Assembly (NCBI GenBank): GCA_963719315.1
Contig: CAVRBU010000002.1
Location: forward strand, 1,728,001 to 1,792,000
Length of the DNA: 64,000 bases
Source of the DNA: an uncultured Planctomycetota bacterium
GTDB lineage: Bacteria; Planctomycetota; Planctomycetia; Pirellulales; Lacipirellulaceae
Reading direction: 5' to 3'
Shown in pieces: positions 21,291 to 32,635 of the stretch (position 1 is its first letter; each line of letters opens with the position of its first letter). The notes beneath the pieces are model-generated. The model had not been told where the DNA came from, made no database searches, and saw nothing but the letters and a program-made list of their open reading frames with translations. Both the position numbers and the translations under genes were made by a program.

Positions 21291-21947
21291 GTGATTTGGT
21301 TTTGCCAAAAGTTTGTGGCCCAACAACGGTGGAAAATCGGCGGTCTGGGTCGAGGCGTCGTGGTCTCCCCGAATTGCGCCACGCCCGGCGTGACTCGCTG
21401 GGAGTTCCCGAATTGGAAGCGAATCGGTTGGATACGTGCAGTCGTTGGCATCGGCATCGTGCTCAGAGCGACATCGGCCTTGCAGGCGGAACATGCTCGC
21501 ATCAATCTGCGCGTGTCACACCAAGGACAGGAAGTCACAGCCACTGCGGACCAGGAACCGCCAGCAGGCGGCCGGAACGAACCGCCTGTGCTCAAAGTCA
21601 ACGTAAACGAGCCGCTCATCTTCCAGTTTTATCTGACGAACACATACCCACACAAAGTAATTGAACACGTCCAGGTTCGTTATTACGTGGTACGGGTCGG
21701 CAAACTCGGGCGTAAGCCGTCGTCGTTTCGCAACTGGACGGGCCCGGACGACAATTCGCAACCGGTCTTGGAACATGGCGTTGTAACCGAAGGGCAGTTC
21801 ACCATGGATTTCAAGCCTGACTGCCGTGTTGGCACCCGCTTGAAGTTTAAAATCAGCGAACCTGGCTTTTATAGCGCACGCGTCGAAACCCTCAATACCC
21901 AGAGCGATCACGAACATTTTTCAGCCGTCGATCTGGAAGTCCATTGA
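21291..21947 (+). CDS. Secreted hypothetical protein (tandem paralog 2)
   Basis: GTG with GGGGAG upstream; TMDFKP...PGFYSARVET...HEHFSAVDL. Confidence 0.7.
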   Translation: MIWFCQKFVAQQRWKIGGLGRGVVVSPNCATPGVTRWEFPNWKRIGWIRAVVGIGIVLRATSALQAEHARINLRVSHQGQEVTATADQEPPAGGRNEPPVLKVNVNEPLIFQFYLTNTYPHKVIEHVQVRYYVVRVGKLGRKPSSFRNWTGPDDNSQPVLEHGVVTEGQFTMDFKPDCRVGTRLKFKISEPGFYSARVETLNTQSDHEHFSAVDLEVH

Positions 21948-22478
21948 GCACGCGTCTACCGGTGCAGCATCGGCATTGCGGGCCGCGTGTTCCCAGTGAA
22001 CGCATTGGCGAAAATTCACTGTCAACAAAACACCCTCGTTAGACTCCCATCGGTAGATGGTCGCCGACGAGCCGCAAGCAATCCGGCGCCCGAGTTTCGG
22101 TACCCTTCTGGGTGCGTCAGAAACTTATCTCCGCGGCCGGAATGACACTCGGCCGTCATTTAGACTGCCAGAATGCGTCATCTAACCAACATTTAATGGG
22201 GAATTGGATCGGCATGTCAAATGTTGGCCTCAGAACTCTTTTGCTGCGTAGGCTAGAGCGAGACTCGGCGAACGTGTCTACCCCGTTGGAGATCGGCATT
22301 GAAATGGGACCCACCTGGGCGTTGAATCTGGGCCCACCTGGTTAGTTGGGGAGCGGCCCGCGAGACCCTTCGAAGGTCTCGCGCGGCCGCCTCCGTTAGT
22401 TCACTTAATGGGTTAGAGTAAACTCTCCATTTTGTTGTGCGCGATTTGCGAACGTTTTGCCGACGGGTCGCCCGAAAG

Positions 22479-23249
22479 CTACTTGCCCTTGGTGGTTCGC
22501 TTTTGTTTCATCGACTCCCGGAAGCGGTAGCTTTCACCGTTCATCTCAAAGATTTCGCAGTGGTGCGTCAGCCGGTCCAAGAGAGCAGCTGTCATCCGTT
22601 CTCCCTGAAACACCTGCTGCCATTCGCTGAACGGCAAGTTGCTGGTGATCAACAGGCTGGATCGCTCGTAGCGATCGGCGAATACCTGGAACAGCAGTTC
22701 CGCTCCGCTGCGATTGAACGAGAGATAACCGAGCTCGTCGCAGACAAGCAGATCGAGCTTGTCGAGCTGCTTCAACAATCGCTCGAGCTGGTACTGCTTC
22801 TGCGTCTCTTCCAAGCGATTGACCAGTGTGGCAGCGGTAAAGAAGCGGACTCGCTTGCCCAGTCGGCAGGCGGCCAGGCCCAAGGCGATGGCCAGATGCG
22901 TTTTTCCAGTTCCCGAACTACCCAACAGGCAGCAGTTCTGACGCTGATCAATCCAGCCGCAGCGGGCCAGTTCCAGGATCTTGGGCTTCGAGAGGCCGGG
23001 CGCCGCGCTAAAGTCGAATGCATCGAGGTCCTTCTGCACCGGGAAGCCAGCCTGTTTAATGTGCGCCTGCAGAGCATTGGCACTGCGTGTGGCTAACTCC
23101 AACTCCGTCAGGCGCAACAGATAGTCGAGGTAGTCCTGGTTGCTGTTGGTCGCTTCCCCGGCGAGCTTGCCATACTCGGCCAGCATCGTCGGCAGGCGTA
23201 GCGCCTTGAGGTTCGAACGCAGTAACAGGGGCGTTTCTTTCTGGGCCAT
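22479..23249 (-). CDS. istB: IS21 helper ATPase
   Basis: GSSGTGKTHLA, CDELGY, ITSNLPFSEW and LLDRLTHH motifs. Confidence 0.95.
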   Translation of the reverse strand: MAQKETPLLLRSNLKALRLPTMLAEYGKLAGEATNSNQDYLDYLLRLTELELATRSANALQAHIKQAGFPVQKDLDAFDFSAAPGLSKPKILELARCGWIDQRQNCCLLGSSGTGKTHLAIALGLAACRLGKRVRFFTAATLVNRLEETQKQYQLERLLKQLDKLDLLVCDELGYLSFNRSGAELLFQVFADRYERSSLLITSNLPFSEWQQVFQGERMTAALLDRLTHHCEIFEMNGESYRFRESMKQKRTTKGK

Positions 23250-24760
23250 GATCTTCTCCTCCGTGAGAGAGTAACGAGTCAAAGCGGCGCAAGTCCGGCA
23301 GCGGGACTTGCACCGCAGGAATCGATCGCAGCTGCCCGATTAGGTTCGCTTCGCCGCGGGTGGAGCGCAGCGCCAGTCGCTCGCAGAGCCCAGCAATCCG
23401 CTCGGCCGTGACGACGCCGTCGCCGCGGCAGGCCTGGATGGCCTGCTCAACCCGAGTCAGCGGGTGCTCTGCCAACAGCTGCAGCACGCGGATGAATTGC
23501 CGAGCGCCCGGCAACGATCCGTGGCGTGTTTCAAAATGTTCGCGCAACTGGGTAAACGCCGCCGGCAGACGCCAATTGCGGTAGACGTCAGTGTGATCCA
23601 AATAGGCTGGCTTCACTCCCAGAGTGGACAGGTAGTGCAGCGGATCGAGCACTTGCTCGCCCTGTCCGTAGGAGCGCTCGTGCCGGGCAATCCGCTGGCC
23701 GTCGCGGATGACTTCGATGCGATCGATAGTGGCTTTTACCGTGACCGTGGCGAACGCATGCCGCCGCGGCACGCTGTAGCGATTCTTCTCCCAGGCGACC
23801 GTCTGGTACTTGTCGACTTGACGGACCTCGCTCACGGCGGCTTCAAACGGGCGCTCGGGCAGCGGCAAGGCGCTAATCTGCTCTGTCGCGAAGCGCGCCG
23901 ATCGTTTCGCTGTGGCCCGCAATCGTCCGCCGAGCATCCCGCTCGCAGCATTGAAGCAGGTAGGCATTTAGCTCTGTCAGATCCTTCACTTGAGGGACCG
24001 GCGTCGCCCACTGGCGCTCCAACAGCTTCACCCGGTTCTCGACGTGCGGCTTTTCGTTACCGCGAGCCGGCAGGCAGAACAACGGCTCGAAGTTGTAGTG
24101 ACTGGCCAGCGCCTGCCAGCGCTGGTTCAACTCCCGTTGGCGGCCACGCAGAATCGTGGTCGCAACGGTTCTTGGATTATCCCACCACAGTTCTTTGGGC
24201 ACGCAACGAAAAAACGCAAACGCCGCCACCGTGCCATGCAGGATCGCCTCGGTCTTTTCGCTCGGCAGCGCAATCATAAAGGTGGCGTTTGAGTAGGCCC
24301 ACGTCACCAGCAGGATCGGAACCTGGCGCCTGCCTTCCGGGAAGTCGACCCAGATCTGACCGAAGTCGCTCTCGGCCCGTTGGCCTGGCTCGTACGACAA
24401 AGGGAGAAACGTTTCGCGCTGCCGCCCCCGCGTCGCGGCCACGTACCTTCGCACCTGGTCGTAGCTGCCGACGTACTGCTCTTCGTCCCGCAGCCGCCGA
24501 AAGAGTTGCGCTCCTGTGTGACGTTGCTTGCGAGGCGCCTGCTCATCTTCGACGAGAATCGCGCCGATCCATTGCTGGTGCACATCGGTCAGCACCCGCC
24601 GCGGTCGCGGTAGCGACAGCGTGTAAGGCCGCGGCTCTGCCTGCGCCAGTGCCTCGCGGATCTTTCGTCGCGAATGCCCAAACGTCCGGGCGATCTCCCG
24701 AATGCTCATGCCATCGCGATGAGCACGACGTATCCTGCCGTAATCCTCCACCTTCAGCAT
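23056..24760 (-). pseudogene. istA: IS21 transposase, frameshifted near 23895
   Basis: GMSIREIAR HTH, SDFG, WDN and GNEKPHVE in ORF 23873-24760; continues as RFATEQ...NRYSVP in ORF 23056-23967. Confidence 0.9.
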
Positions 24761-25200
24761 CCTTGACTCCGCTTCGCTGAATTCCCCAGTTTAAAAACCG
24801 GGAATCCAGCTTACGAAGTCCGCTGCGGTGGGTCCCTTTTCAATGCCGATTCCGCACCCCAGGTGGGTCCCGTTTCAATGCCGATCTCCACCCCGTCGTA
24901 TACTATTATCGTAATCGCAATCGACTTGATGAGAACTCGATCGCTTACGCAACCGGCAGCCCATCGAGTGTTAAGCCTGCCTATTACTGGATCACCTCGT
25001 CTAATACGCTCTACAATCGTTCCTTACGATCCCGGCGAGACTTCCTCTTGCCGTAGTTCCTGCTACACTCGCCAATATCCCCCAAAACTCGGTAAAGACT
25101 GGAATTAGCCATCGATTCCAATTAAGCAGAAACCGCCAAGCGCCATTCGTGTATTCGTTTGACCGTCATAGGCGTCAGCTATTCAGGTGCGAAGCTTTCA

Positions 25201-25845
25201 ATGGATTTCTATAGAAAGTGTTTCCGAATCGCCGTTGTCCTCTGCTGTGCCGCTTGCGGGGGTTGCAGCGGCCGACCTAACGCGATTGCGATAGTCGACA
25301 TCGACCCGACGCGGGTGGCAGCGCAAGCGATTGCAACCAATGACAAGGATGGGGACGGCAAATTGTCGGAGGCAGAATTGCGCTCGATTCCCGGCCTGTT
25401 GAAGTGGAAACAACTTTACGACTTGAATTCTGATGGTTTCGTAACCCAAGACGAAATTTCACAACGGCTCAAAAAGTGGCAGGCTGACAAGGTCGGTTTT
25501 CGTGCATTGAGTGCGAATGTGAAACTGGATGGTCGGCCAATGCCCAATGTTCACGTCGTGTTGACCCCCGAATCGTATTTTGGCGAGGCATTGAAAGTAG
25601 CGTCGGGAACGACGAACGAACGCGGCTACGCGAGCCTGATGGTGGCGGCCGACGATATGCCCGAGGCTATCAAACAACGTGGTATCAAAGTGAGTGGCGT
25701 ATATCCAGGCACTTACAAGATCACGGTGACCCATCCGCAAATGAAACTTCCTGGCGTCGACGTTAAGGGTTTGCCGTTAGGAGATGAAATCGCGCGCGAC
25801 ACAATCGACACGACCGTCGATATCTGGCTCTCGTCGCCTCGATAA
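25201..25845 (+). CDS. EF-hand lipoprotein with carboxypeptidase-regulatory-like domain (DUF1559 partner)
   Basis: Lipobox CGGC; DKDGDGKLSEAEL and DLNSDGFVTQDEI; VKLDGRP...ASGTTNERG...GVYPGTYKITV. Confidence 0.82.
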   Translation: MDFYRKCFRIAVVLCCAACGGCSGRPNAIAIVDIDPTRVAAQAIATNDKDGDGKLSEAELRSIPGLLKWKQLYDLNSDGFVTQDEISQRLKKWQADKVGFRALSANVKLDGRPMPNVHVVLTPESYFGEALKVASGTTNERGYASLMVAADDMPEAIKQRGIKVSGVYPGTYKITVTHPQMKLPGVDVKGLPLGDEIARDTIDTTVDIWLSSPR

Positions 25846-25870
25846 CGCCCAACGCGCAGTGCGCGAGCAG

Positions 25871-26872
25871 CTACTTTGAAACACCGCCATCAATACGGTT
25901 GCCATTGCGGCGGTGGACTTCCGGGTCGATATCGTAGCCGATAAGTTGCACGGAGCCATCGCCGAAGGCCATATGGCAGCCGCCCGGATGAGCGCTGCCA
26001 AAGTGCTGGGGCAGCGGCAAGTGTGGCGTGTCCTGCACGGGCACGCGGTTATCGCCTGTGGTTGGATTGTAAAATGTTGACCGACAAATATCGTCCTGGT
26101 ATCCCGTCCACATCGACCAATCGTCACCGTGGTCCAGTCCAGTATCGTAGTCGTCCGGATTGAGGTAACGCTCGCCAAGGAGATAGGTCTTGCTCAATCC
26201 ATCCGTTATAGCCGCGAGTTTAATAGCTACACCGCAATATGCAGTACCGTTGAAATCCTTTTCGCTTGGCGGCCAACCCACTTTTCCGGTGTCCGCTTCC
26301 GCCAGACTTTTGGGATAGACGGTCTCGCATTGTTGTTCGAGGGCCTCGATGTCTCCCGCGTTAGCCGCATAGTCCGACCTTGCATGCAAAGTTGACTTCC
26401 GACTATTGACGGGCGTATGGTCGCTGCCATTCGGATAAGGAATCGATGCTCTGCGCGTCGGACAATTCAAGTAACTAACTGTCAATGCATCTCGCTGTTG
26501 AAATACAGGCCATTTCTGATTCACCGTGAGCCCGGCCCCCAGGTCGCGAATTTCCTGTTGTTCGATGAAAGGTAGGATGTTGTAAATCCAGCCGCCCGGT
26601 TGTCGGGAGTCGTAGCCGCGATCCGGATCGCCGACCCACGATCCCCACCAGCCGGCGGTGGGAAGTCGCTTGTGTGTGCTCTCGTGCTGAATCATCGCCA
26701 GCGAGAGCTGCTTAAGATTGTTCGAGCATTGAGTGCGGCGAGCCGCTTCGCGGGCTGCTTGAATTGCGGGGAGAAGAAGTGCTACTAAGATACCAATGAT
26801 CGCAATGACAACCAGCAATTCTACAAGCGTAAAGGCTCGTCGTTTGAACAAACGATTCATAGCTTGGAGCAT
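25871..26872 (-). CDS. DUF1559 prepilin-type N-terminal cleavage/methylation protein
   Basis: [67 protein letters not shown] (H-X9-DG); start position uncertain. Confidence 0.95.
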   Translation of the reverse strand: MLQAMNRLFKRRAFTLVELLVVIAIIGILVALLLPAIQAAREAARRTQCSNNLKQLSLAMIQHESTHKRLPTAGWWGSWVGDPDRGYDSRQPGGWIYNILPFIEQQEIRDLGAGLTVNQKWPVFQQRDALTVSYLNCPTRRASIPYPNGSDHTPVNSRKSTLHARSDYAANAGDIEALEQQCETVYPKSLAEADTGKVGWPPSEKDFNGTAYCGVAIKLAAITDGLSKTYLLGERYLNPDDYDTGLDHGDDWSMWTGYQDDICRSTFYNPTTGDNRVPVQDTPHLPLPQHFGSAHPGGCHMAFGDGSVQLIGYDIDPEVHRRNGNRIDGGVSK

Positions 26873-27138
26873 TGCACGTTCGGTGTGCAATTTGAACGCG
26901 AATCCGCCAAGGATCACTACTCAATCCTGATCCTTGACCCTACCCGATTGATGCGCAATGTTCCAGCAGTTCTTGCTGTAAGATTCGGAGTATCTAAATC
27001 ACTTCCGCAAAGGAGGCTCTCTCAAAGAGCTATTTGGAACAGCAAGTTAGAGCCTTTGTGATGAAAGATTCCCAGGTTCGAGTCGACAATTGGAAGCATG
27101 CTCAATGAGGGCCCTTACGTGTTTCTGGCGGTTTTTGG

Positions 27139-27167
27139 TTGACATTCTGACACTGAACCATTATAAT
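27139..27167 (+). promoter_or_regulatory. Consensus sigma70 promoter
   Basis: TTGACA (27139-27144), 17 bp, TATAAT (27162-27167), upstream of the PEP-CTERM gene at 27251. Confidence 0.8.
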
Positions 27168-27250
27168 TTGGCTTTGCGGTCCGTCTGGTTGGCGGAAGCA
27201 ACATGCGGTCGCCTATTAGCGGAATCGTCGGGATTCCAAAGAGATTGTCA

Positions 27251-28375
27251 ATGCGTTCGGTTCTGGCGGTAAGCGGGCAGCTGGTGGTTTCGCGCATCCT
27301 TCTCGTTGCAGTGTTTCTAGTATCACTAGTCGTCTACTCGTGCGCGGCTGTAACTTCCATAACTCAACACGGTGCTACTGTAAATGCATTCGACTCGATG
27401 ATTTCGAGCACGGATTTGATTCAGGGTAAAATGACGCTCGATACGGATGTGTACGTCAACCCATCCGATAGTTTTGGCCAAGCGTCCTTACCCGGTTGGC
27501 ATACCGTAAATAAGAATCCGGTTGACCAATTGGCCGCCTTCACCGATGGCGCGGGAATGTTGGCGAGCGGACTCACTGGTCTCTTGAACGATAATTTTCC
27601 GGTCGAACAAGCTTCGGGCCGCCCAGCAAAGATAGTTGAGTATCCGTTCGCCACACCGGTAGATATTGGGCGGATCAATATTCTATCGGGCAATCGCAAC
27701 AACGCGGATGGCCGCATTTTTTCGACGACGTACATTGAGTATTCGTCGAACAACGGATTCACGTATCAGCCGCTCGGATACTTTCAATCGGATCCGTCGG
27801 GCACCGTCAATAATGAAGTGACGCCCGTTCCACCGTTGAGTCCGGCGCAGAAATCGACATTTGTCAGCGTATTTGATAGCGCCAACTTAACTATGCTGAG
27901 CGGCGTCACGAACATCATTTTCAATTTCTATTCGGTGGACAATACGGGCGGGCAAATGCGTGATCCGTTTGATGGGGTCAATGCCATTACTAGCATCGAT
28001 GACGGCCTCACGGCCGCCTTTGTTTCGCCACTCATTTTGGAAATCGATGTCCTACCACCCGCGGCCCCCGTGGTGGGCGATTACAACAGCAATGGAATCG
28101 TGGATGCTGCGGATTACGTCGTCTGGCGCGACAGCGTCGGCGCGGAATCGTTGCTGAACCGTGACGTGACCAACGTCGGAGCCGTCGGGAGCGGCGATTA
28201 CGACTCGTGGAGGTCACGGTTTGGAAATACGTCTGGTGCGGGCGTTGGCAGCGCAACGAGCGTTCCAGAACCGGGCGCGATGACCCTGATCTTTGCTCTA
28301 ACATGCGTAGAATTGGCTTGCCGATTTCGTTCGCCATTCGACCAGCGGCGGAAGATTTCCGGCGACATACGCTGA
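27251..28375 (+). CDS. PEP-CTERM protein: unrecognised shared domain plus dockerin-like domain
   Basis: Signal peptide; GLTGLLND...DGRIFST...RDPFDGVN...DDGLTAAFVSP; GDYNSNGIVDAADYVVWR; VPEP. Confidence 0.85.
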   Translation: MRSVLAVSGQLVVSRILLVAVFLVSLVVYSCAAVTSITQHGATVNAFDSMISSTDLIQGKMTLDTDVYVNPSDSFGQASLPGWHTVNKNPVDQLAAFTDGAGMLASGLTGLLNDNFPVEQASGRPAKIVEYPFATPVDIGRINILSGNRNNADGRIFSTTYIEYSSNNGFTYQPLGYFQSDPSGTVNNEVTPVPPLSPAQKSTFVSVFDSANLTMLSGVTNIIFNFYSVDNTGGQMRDPFDGVNAITSIDDGLTAAFVSPLILEIDVLPPAAPVVGDYNSNGIVDAADYVVWRDSVGAESLLNRDVTNVGAVGSGDYDSWRSRFGNTSGAGVGSATSVPEPGAMTLIFALTCVELACRFRSPFDQRRKISGDIR

Positions 28376-28630
28376 AGTTTTTTCAGCGAGGTGAGGGCAA
28401 ACTTCAAATGCAACAATTTGGAGGCTGATTGTTAGGTCGATTTTTGAGTCTGCTAGCAGTTTGGCTCTGGAATTCTCGGTGAATCCTGGTCATCGATCAA
28501 AAACTACTGGAAAACAAGCATGTTTGGTTTGTCGCAATTGAAGTTTGACATCACCGCGATTAAAAACGACTTGTGATCGAGTTTTTTGCAACTTTGTGAA
28601 CGGCACTACTTTTTCGCGAGGACAGTACCA

Positions 28631-29431
28631 ATGAGAGTGACATTTGCTTTGATGATGCTGATGGCGCTTCCCGTCTCCGCCACGGCCGCAGCGACTTCCA
28701 CTACGCAGCACGGCGCGGGCGGCCACGATTTGGACGGACAAATCGCCATTGGAGACGCGATTTCGGGATTGATCGCTACAGAACTGGCAGGTGACAACGG
28801 CTGGCACGGAGCAACCCCAGCGGAGCCCGAACGACTTCAAGCATTCACAGATGACGCTGGGGCAATTAGCGGCTTGACGGGGTTGCTAAACGACTTTCCT
28901 GGGGTAGGCACGCCCACCAAGCGACTGCAATACGATCTGGCGAGCCCCACTGATATAAAGAGACTTCAACTTCTGACGGGCAACTTTGGTGGCGATGGGC
29001 GCGTGTTTTCGACCGCATTGATTAATTATTCCACCGATAACGGCGCCAACTTCTTGCCGCTCGGTGGATATGTTCCCGGAATTGGCGCAAACTCCTCTGG
29101 CTACTATCAATCGGATGCCTCGGGTGTGATAAACAGCGGCCAATGGCAGTCCACCATGTTGAAGATCTTCGATGATGGTGGTGCCTCACTCGCTACTGGC
29201 GTTACGAACTTAACCGTCGAACTGTACGCTGTGGATAACACGCAAGGAGAGAATCGCGACCCATTCGACGGAATTAATCCGTACACTGGCGTGGACGATA
29301 CATTGACTGCTGCATTTCAGTCGCCATTGGTTTGGGAAATCGACGTGGTTGGCGTCCCGGAACCGGCAACGATGATTCTGTTGGCTGGCGGCCTTGTGGT
29401 TTTGTCGGCTACGCGGCGGCGAAGACCGTAG
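28631..29431 (+). CDS. PEP-CTERM protein made of the unrecognised shared domain alone
   Basis: GAGGA upstream; signal peptide; same motifs as the gene at 27251; VPEP-TM-RRRR. Confidence 0.88.
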   Translation: MRVTFALMMLMALPVSATAAATSTTQHGAGGHDLDGQIAIGDAISGLIATELAGDNGWHGATPAEPERLQAFTDDAGAISGLTGLLNDFPGVGTPTKRLQYDLASPTDIKRLQLLTGNFGGDGRVFSTALINYSTDNGANFLPLGGYVPGIGANSSGYYQSDASGVINSGQWQSTMLKIFDDGGASLATGVTNLTVELYAVDNTQGENRDPFDGINPYTGVDDTLTAAFQSPLVWEIDVVGVPEPATMILLAGGLVVLSATRRRRP

Positions 29432-29511
29432 CCATGCCCTGCTGATTCCGAAGCACAGACATAAATCGCATAATGGGCGGCGAGCTGCATGGTTCGCCGT
29501 CCATATTTTGT

Positions 29512-31530
29512 TTATTGCTCGCAACGCTCGGCGCATGCTGGCCGTAGCGAGAAAGCGATTGGCACAGTGAGTATAAGCAACAGCCCGGTGCCGGGCTCCG
29601 GTACGTTAGCAGCCATCGCGCGAACCGCGCCAGAGCCGATCGAAGCGCCAAAATGCGTCCGCCAGCTGTCGAATCCCGCTTGCGTGCCATCCGTTTTGCG
29701 CCACGCCACGTAGTCGGCTGCGTCAACCATTCCATCGCGATTGAGGTCTCCGGGCAGCGAAGCGGAAAGCGCGCCGAACACGTCGATCTCGCGCACCAGT
29801 GGCGATACGTACGCGGCCGTCAGCCCGTCGTCGATGCCGGTGAACGAGTTGACGCCGTCGAACGGATCTCTCATCAGTCCGTTCAAATCGGAGACGGCAA
29901 ACAAATCGAAGCGCAGGTGCCTGACGCCTTCCGCCAGTGAACTGCCGTCATCACGAACAATGCGCACGACCGACGCGCCGTTCGGCCCGTCCGGCGTGCT
30001 CGCGTTATTTTCCGAACTTGATGGATCTGATTGGAAATAGCCCAGCAGGTTGTAGGCAACGCCGTCGCTCGATGTCCACACGGCCGTGGTTGAAAAGATG
30101 CGTCCGTCGTTTCCATTGTTTCCCGTGAAGATGTGGATTTCGCTGATGTCGTGCGCCACACCCAGATCGTAGTCGATAAGCTTTGCCGGCGAGCCGGCCG
30201 GGGGAAAGTCGTTCAGTAAGCCGGTGACGCCCGAACCTAGGTCGCCCACGCCGTCGGTGAACGCCGGCAGACCATTGGGATCGTTGGGGTCATTCGACGC
30301 TGGATTGGCCGAGTGCCAACCGATGTCGCCGGGCAGCACGGTTGGAATTCGACCCTGCAGGATGTCCGAATTGCTGTATGCGAACGCAAGCCCGGCATCG
30401 GTCGCGGCATGTTGGGTCGTGGCAACAATACTTCCGCCGCTATTCACAGCATTTCGCAACACAAATTCATTGTACGAGAGCTTCGGCTGATCCGCACCGT
30501 TCACAATTCCCCAATTGCCGGCGGGCTCATCGGTCCACTGATACCAATAGGTGCTACTTACGTAGTTCCGAGATTCCAGGTAATCGTAAGCAGTCGCCAT
30601 GTTATCGCGTTGCAGTTGCTGGGTATTGCTGCCCACCGTTTGCCAGCCGAACTCCGTAACGGCGACATTCGCGGTGTCGTTGTTGCTTGCCTGCCCGGTG
30701 CGAACGGCATTGAAGTAGTTGGCCAATTGAGACTGCTGAAGTAGCGAGCCTTGACTGATATAAAAGTGGTATCCAAACTCATCCCACGGATAGCGCCGTC
30801 CGAAATCAGTAAACATCCCATTCCAGACGCTGCTTTGATTGTAGACCTGCTGCATGTAATCCATCGCAGTGGAAAAGCTGCCGCCAATGTCGTGTGCCAG
30901 CAGGCCGCCCGTCATAAGCTTTGCGCCTTGGGCCCCGAGTAGATCGGCGGAATCGAGGGCGCGGTACGTTTCCGAAAGCATGCGCGCATAGACACGGGGC
31001 AAGATATACGTGCCGCCCGCATTTTTCGGATCGTTCGCGAAGTTGGGGTTCGTCCAGGCATTCGGCTCGTTCCACAACTCCCACTTTTGGATGGTCGAAC
31101 CGTAGCGACTGACTAGGAACTGTGCTGTGCTGGCATATTGAGACACATACGTATTAAGGCCATCGTTGTCGGGATCGTCGTTCCAGGCTGCCTGCCCGCC
31201 AGCGACCGTTTCATTCGAAAACAGGCCAAGAACTTTTAGTCCCGCGTTGTGCGCATTGGCGATCACTTGATCGTAAACAGCGAGTTGAGTCGCGTTCCAA
31301 GTTGTCGCGCCAGAATCGAGCCGAAAATTCATGCGAATCGCATTGGTGCCCGTAGCGGCGAATTGTTGCGCCTTTTGCGGCGTCAATACAATGCTGCCGT
31401 TCCAAACGGGCGCCCCGGCATTTAACCCATGGAATTCGTCGGCCGTTGCCACTGCCACTGCTAGCCACATCGTTGCCGTCAGTCCGCGCAGCAAACAAGT
31501 CCCACTGCGTATCGCTTGTTTGCCACTCAT
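29512..31530 (-). CDS. Clan GH-A glycoside hydrolase + unrecognised shared domain + dockerin-like + PEP-CTERM
   Basis: WELWNEPN (acid/base) and VTEFGW (nucleophile); third copy of the shared domain; GDLNRDGMVDAADYVAWR; VPEP. Confidence 0.88.
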   Translation of the reverse strand: MSGKQAIRSGTCLLRGLTATMWLAVAVATADEFHGLNAGAPVWNGSIVLTPQKAQQFAATGTNAIRMNFRLDSGATTWNATQLAVYDQVIANAHNAGLKVLGLFSNETVAGGQAAWNDDPDNDGLNTYVSQYASTAQFLVSRYGSTIQKWELWNEPNAWTNPNFANDPKNAGGTYILPRVYARMLSETYRALDSADLLGAQGAKLMTGGLLAHDIGGSFSTAMDYMQQVYNQSSVWNGMFTDFGRRYPWDEFGYHFYISQGSLLQQSQLANYFNAVRTGQASNNDTANVAVTEFGWQTVGSNTQQLQRDNMATAYDYLESRNYVSSTYWYQWTDEPAGNWGIVNGADQPKLSYNEFVLRNAVNSGGSIVATTQHAATDAGLAFAYSNSDILQGRIPTVLPGDIGWHSANPASNDPNDPNGLPAFTDGVGDLGSGVTGLLNDFPPAGSPAKLIDYDLGVAHDISEIHIFTGNNGNDGRIFSTTAVWTSSDGVAYNLLGYFQSDPSSSENNASTPDGPNGASVVRIVRDDGSSLAEGVRHLRFDLFAVSDLNGLMRDPFDGVNSFTGIDDGLTAAYVSPLVREIDVFGALSASLPGDLNRDGMVDAADYVAWRKTDGTQAGFDSWRTHFGASIGSGAVRAMAANVPEPGTGLLLILTVPIAFSLRPACAERCEQ

Positions 31531-31942
31531 AGCATCGATCTTGATAATTCCAAAGTATGATTTGTGTGATGTCAATTCTATCAAATGGTGAGCCCTGGGT
31601 GTCTGCTATGCAATCGTAATTACAAGAGTGCGACCGGAGATTACAGAATCAGCGGGGATCCAGAGGATTGCGACCGCAAAGGGCAATGGTGCCGCTGATA
31701 GCGCGGTATCCCGGAGTTTCTTAAGGCATGACCGCCAATGGTAACTACAACTACCATATCGCCTACTGGGTAGCCGGCGTTGCTGTGCACTCTTTAGTCG
31801 CAACTCGCGTTACGGCGTCGAGCTATAAAGAAGTCCGGCCAACTTATTAGCGCATAAGCCTGATTAACAAGCTAGTAAGCCATTCTGGTCGGCCATCTCC
31901 AGTGGGAGCGGCACAAACCGGGGACTCAGCGCCCCGCGGCTG

Positions 31943-32635
31943 ATGCGCCCAACCCCAATTTTTAGCTGTGACAAAGCACTAGCAGAGTTTTTCGTGCTTG
32001 ATACGCGGCAATATCGTACCGATCAGCCCTATGCCGGCAAAATGCACAGCATCGACGATCTCGCCATGTCGCCCAAGGCCACGATCTTGGGAGGCCACCA
32101 GACGCAGTGGCTCGAGTCTTCACTGGGCGAATCGCCGTCGCAGTGGAACGTCCTCGCTCAACAGGTCCTAATGGCAATGGTCGATGGGACATCGAGTGCT
32201 ACGCGAGAGTTCTCGATGGAAAAGTGGACCGGCTACATGCATGACTGGCTGAGCCTCGTCCAGTTCTTGGCCGATCGTCACATTTCCAATCCTGTGGTGC
32301 TGTCGGGCGATATCCACTCGAATTGGGTGAACGACTTGAGGGTCGACGACCGCAAGATGGAGACACCCGTTGTCGCCACTGAGTTTGTCGGCACGTCGAT
32401 ATCAACTGGCGGCAATGGCGTGGACAAACCCGCTGGGCTCGAAGTGCTGCTGGCCGAGAATCCGTGTGTGCGGTTTCACAATCAGCAGAGCGGCTACGTC
32501 CGCTGCACAATAACGCCAAAGTTGTGGCGCAGCGATTATCGCACGGTGGCAGACATCACAAAGCCAGGCGCACCGGCAGAGACGCGAGCTTCGTTTGTCG
32601 TCGAAGCGGGCCAGCCGGGCGCCAAGCCGGCATGA
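31943..32635 (+). pseudogene. 5'-truncated PhoD-family alkaline phosphatase
   Basis: LDTRQYR, LSGDIH and EFVGTSIS motifs present; signal peptide and N-terminal half absent. Confidence 0.8.

Larger units (their letters stand above)
22287..24890 (-). mobile_element. IS21-family element
   Basis: TG...CA ends with inverted repeat TGGAGATCGGCATTGAAA; reiterated subterminal repeats; 6-bp target duplication CCCCGT (22281-22286, 24891-24896). Confidence 0.95.
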
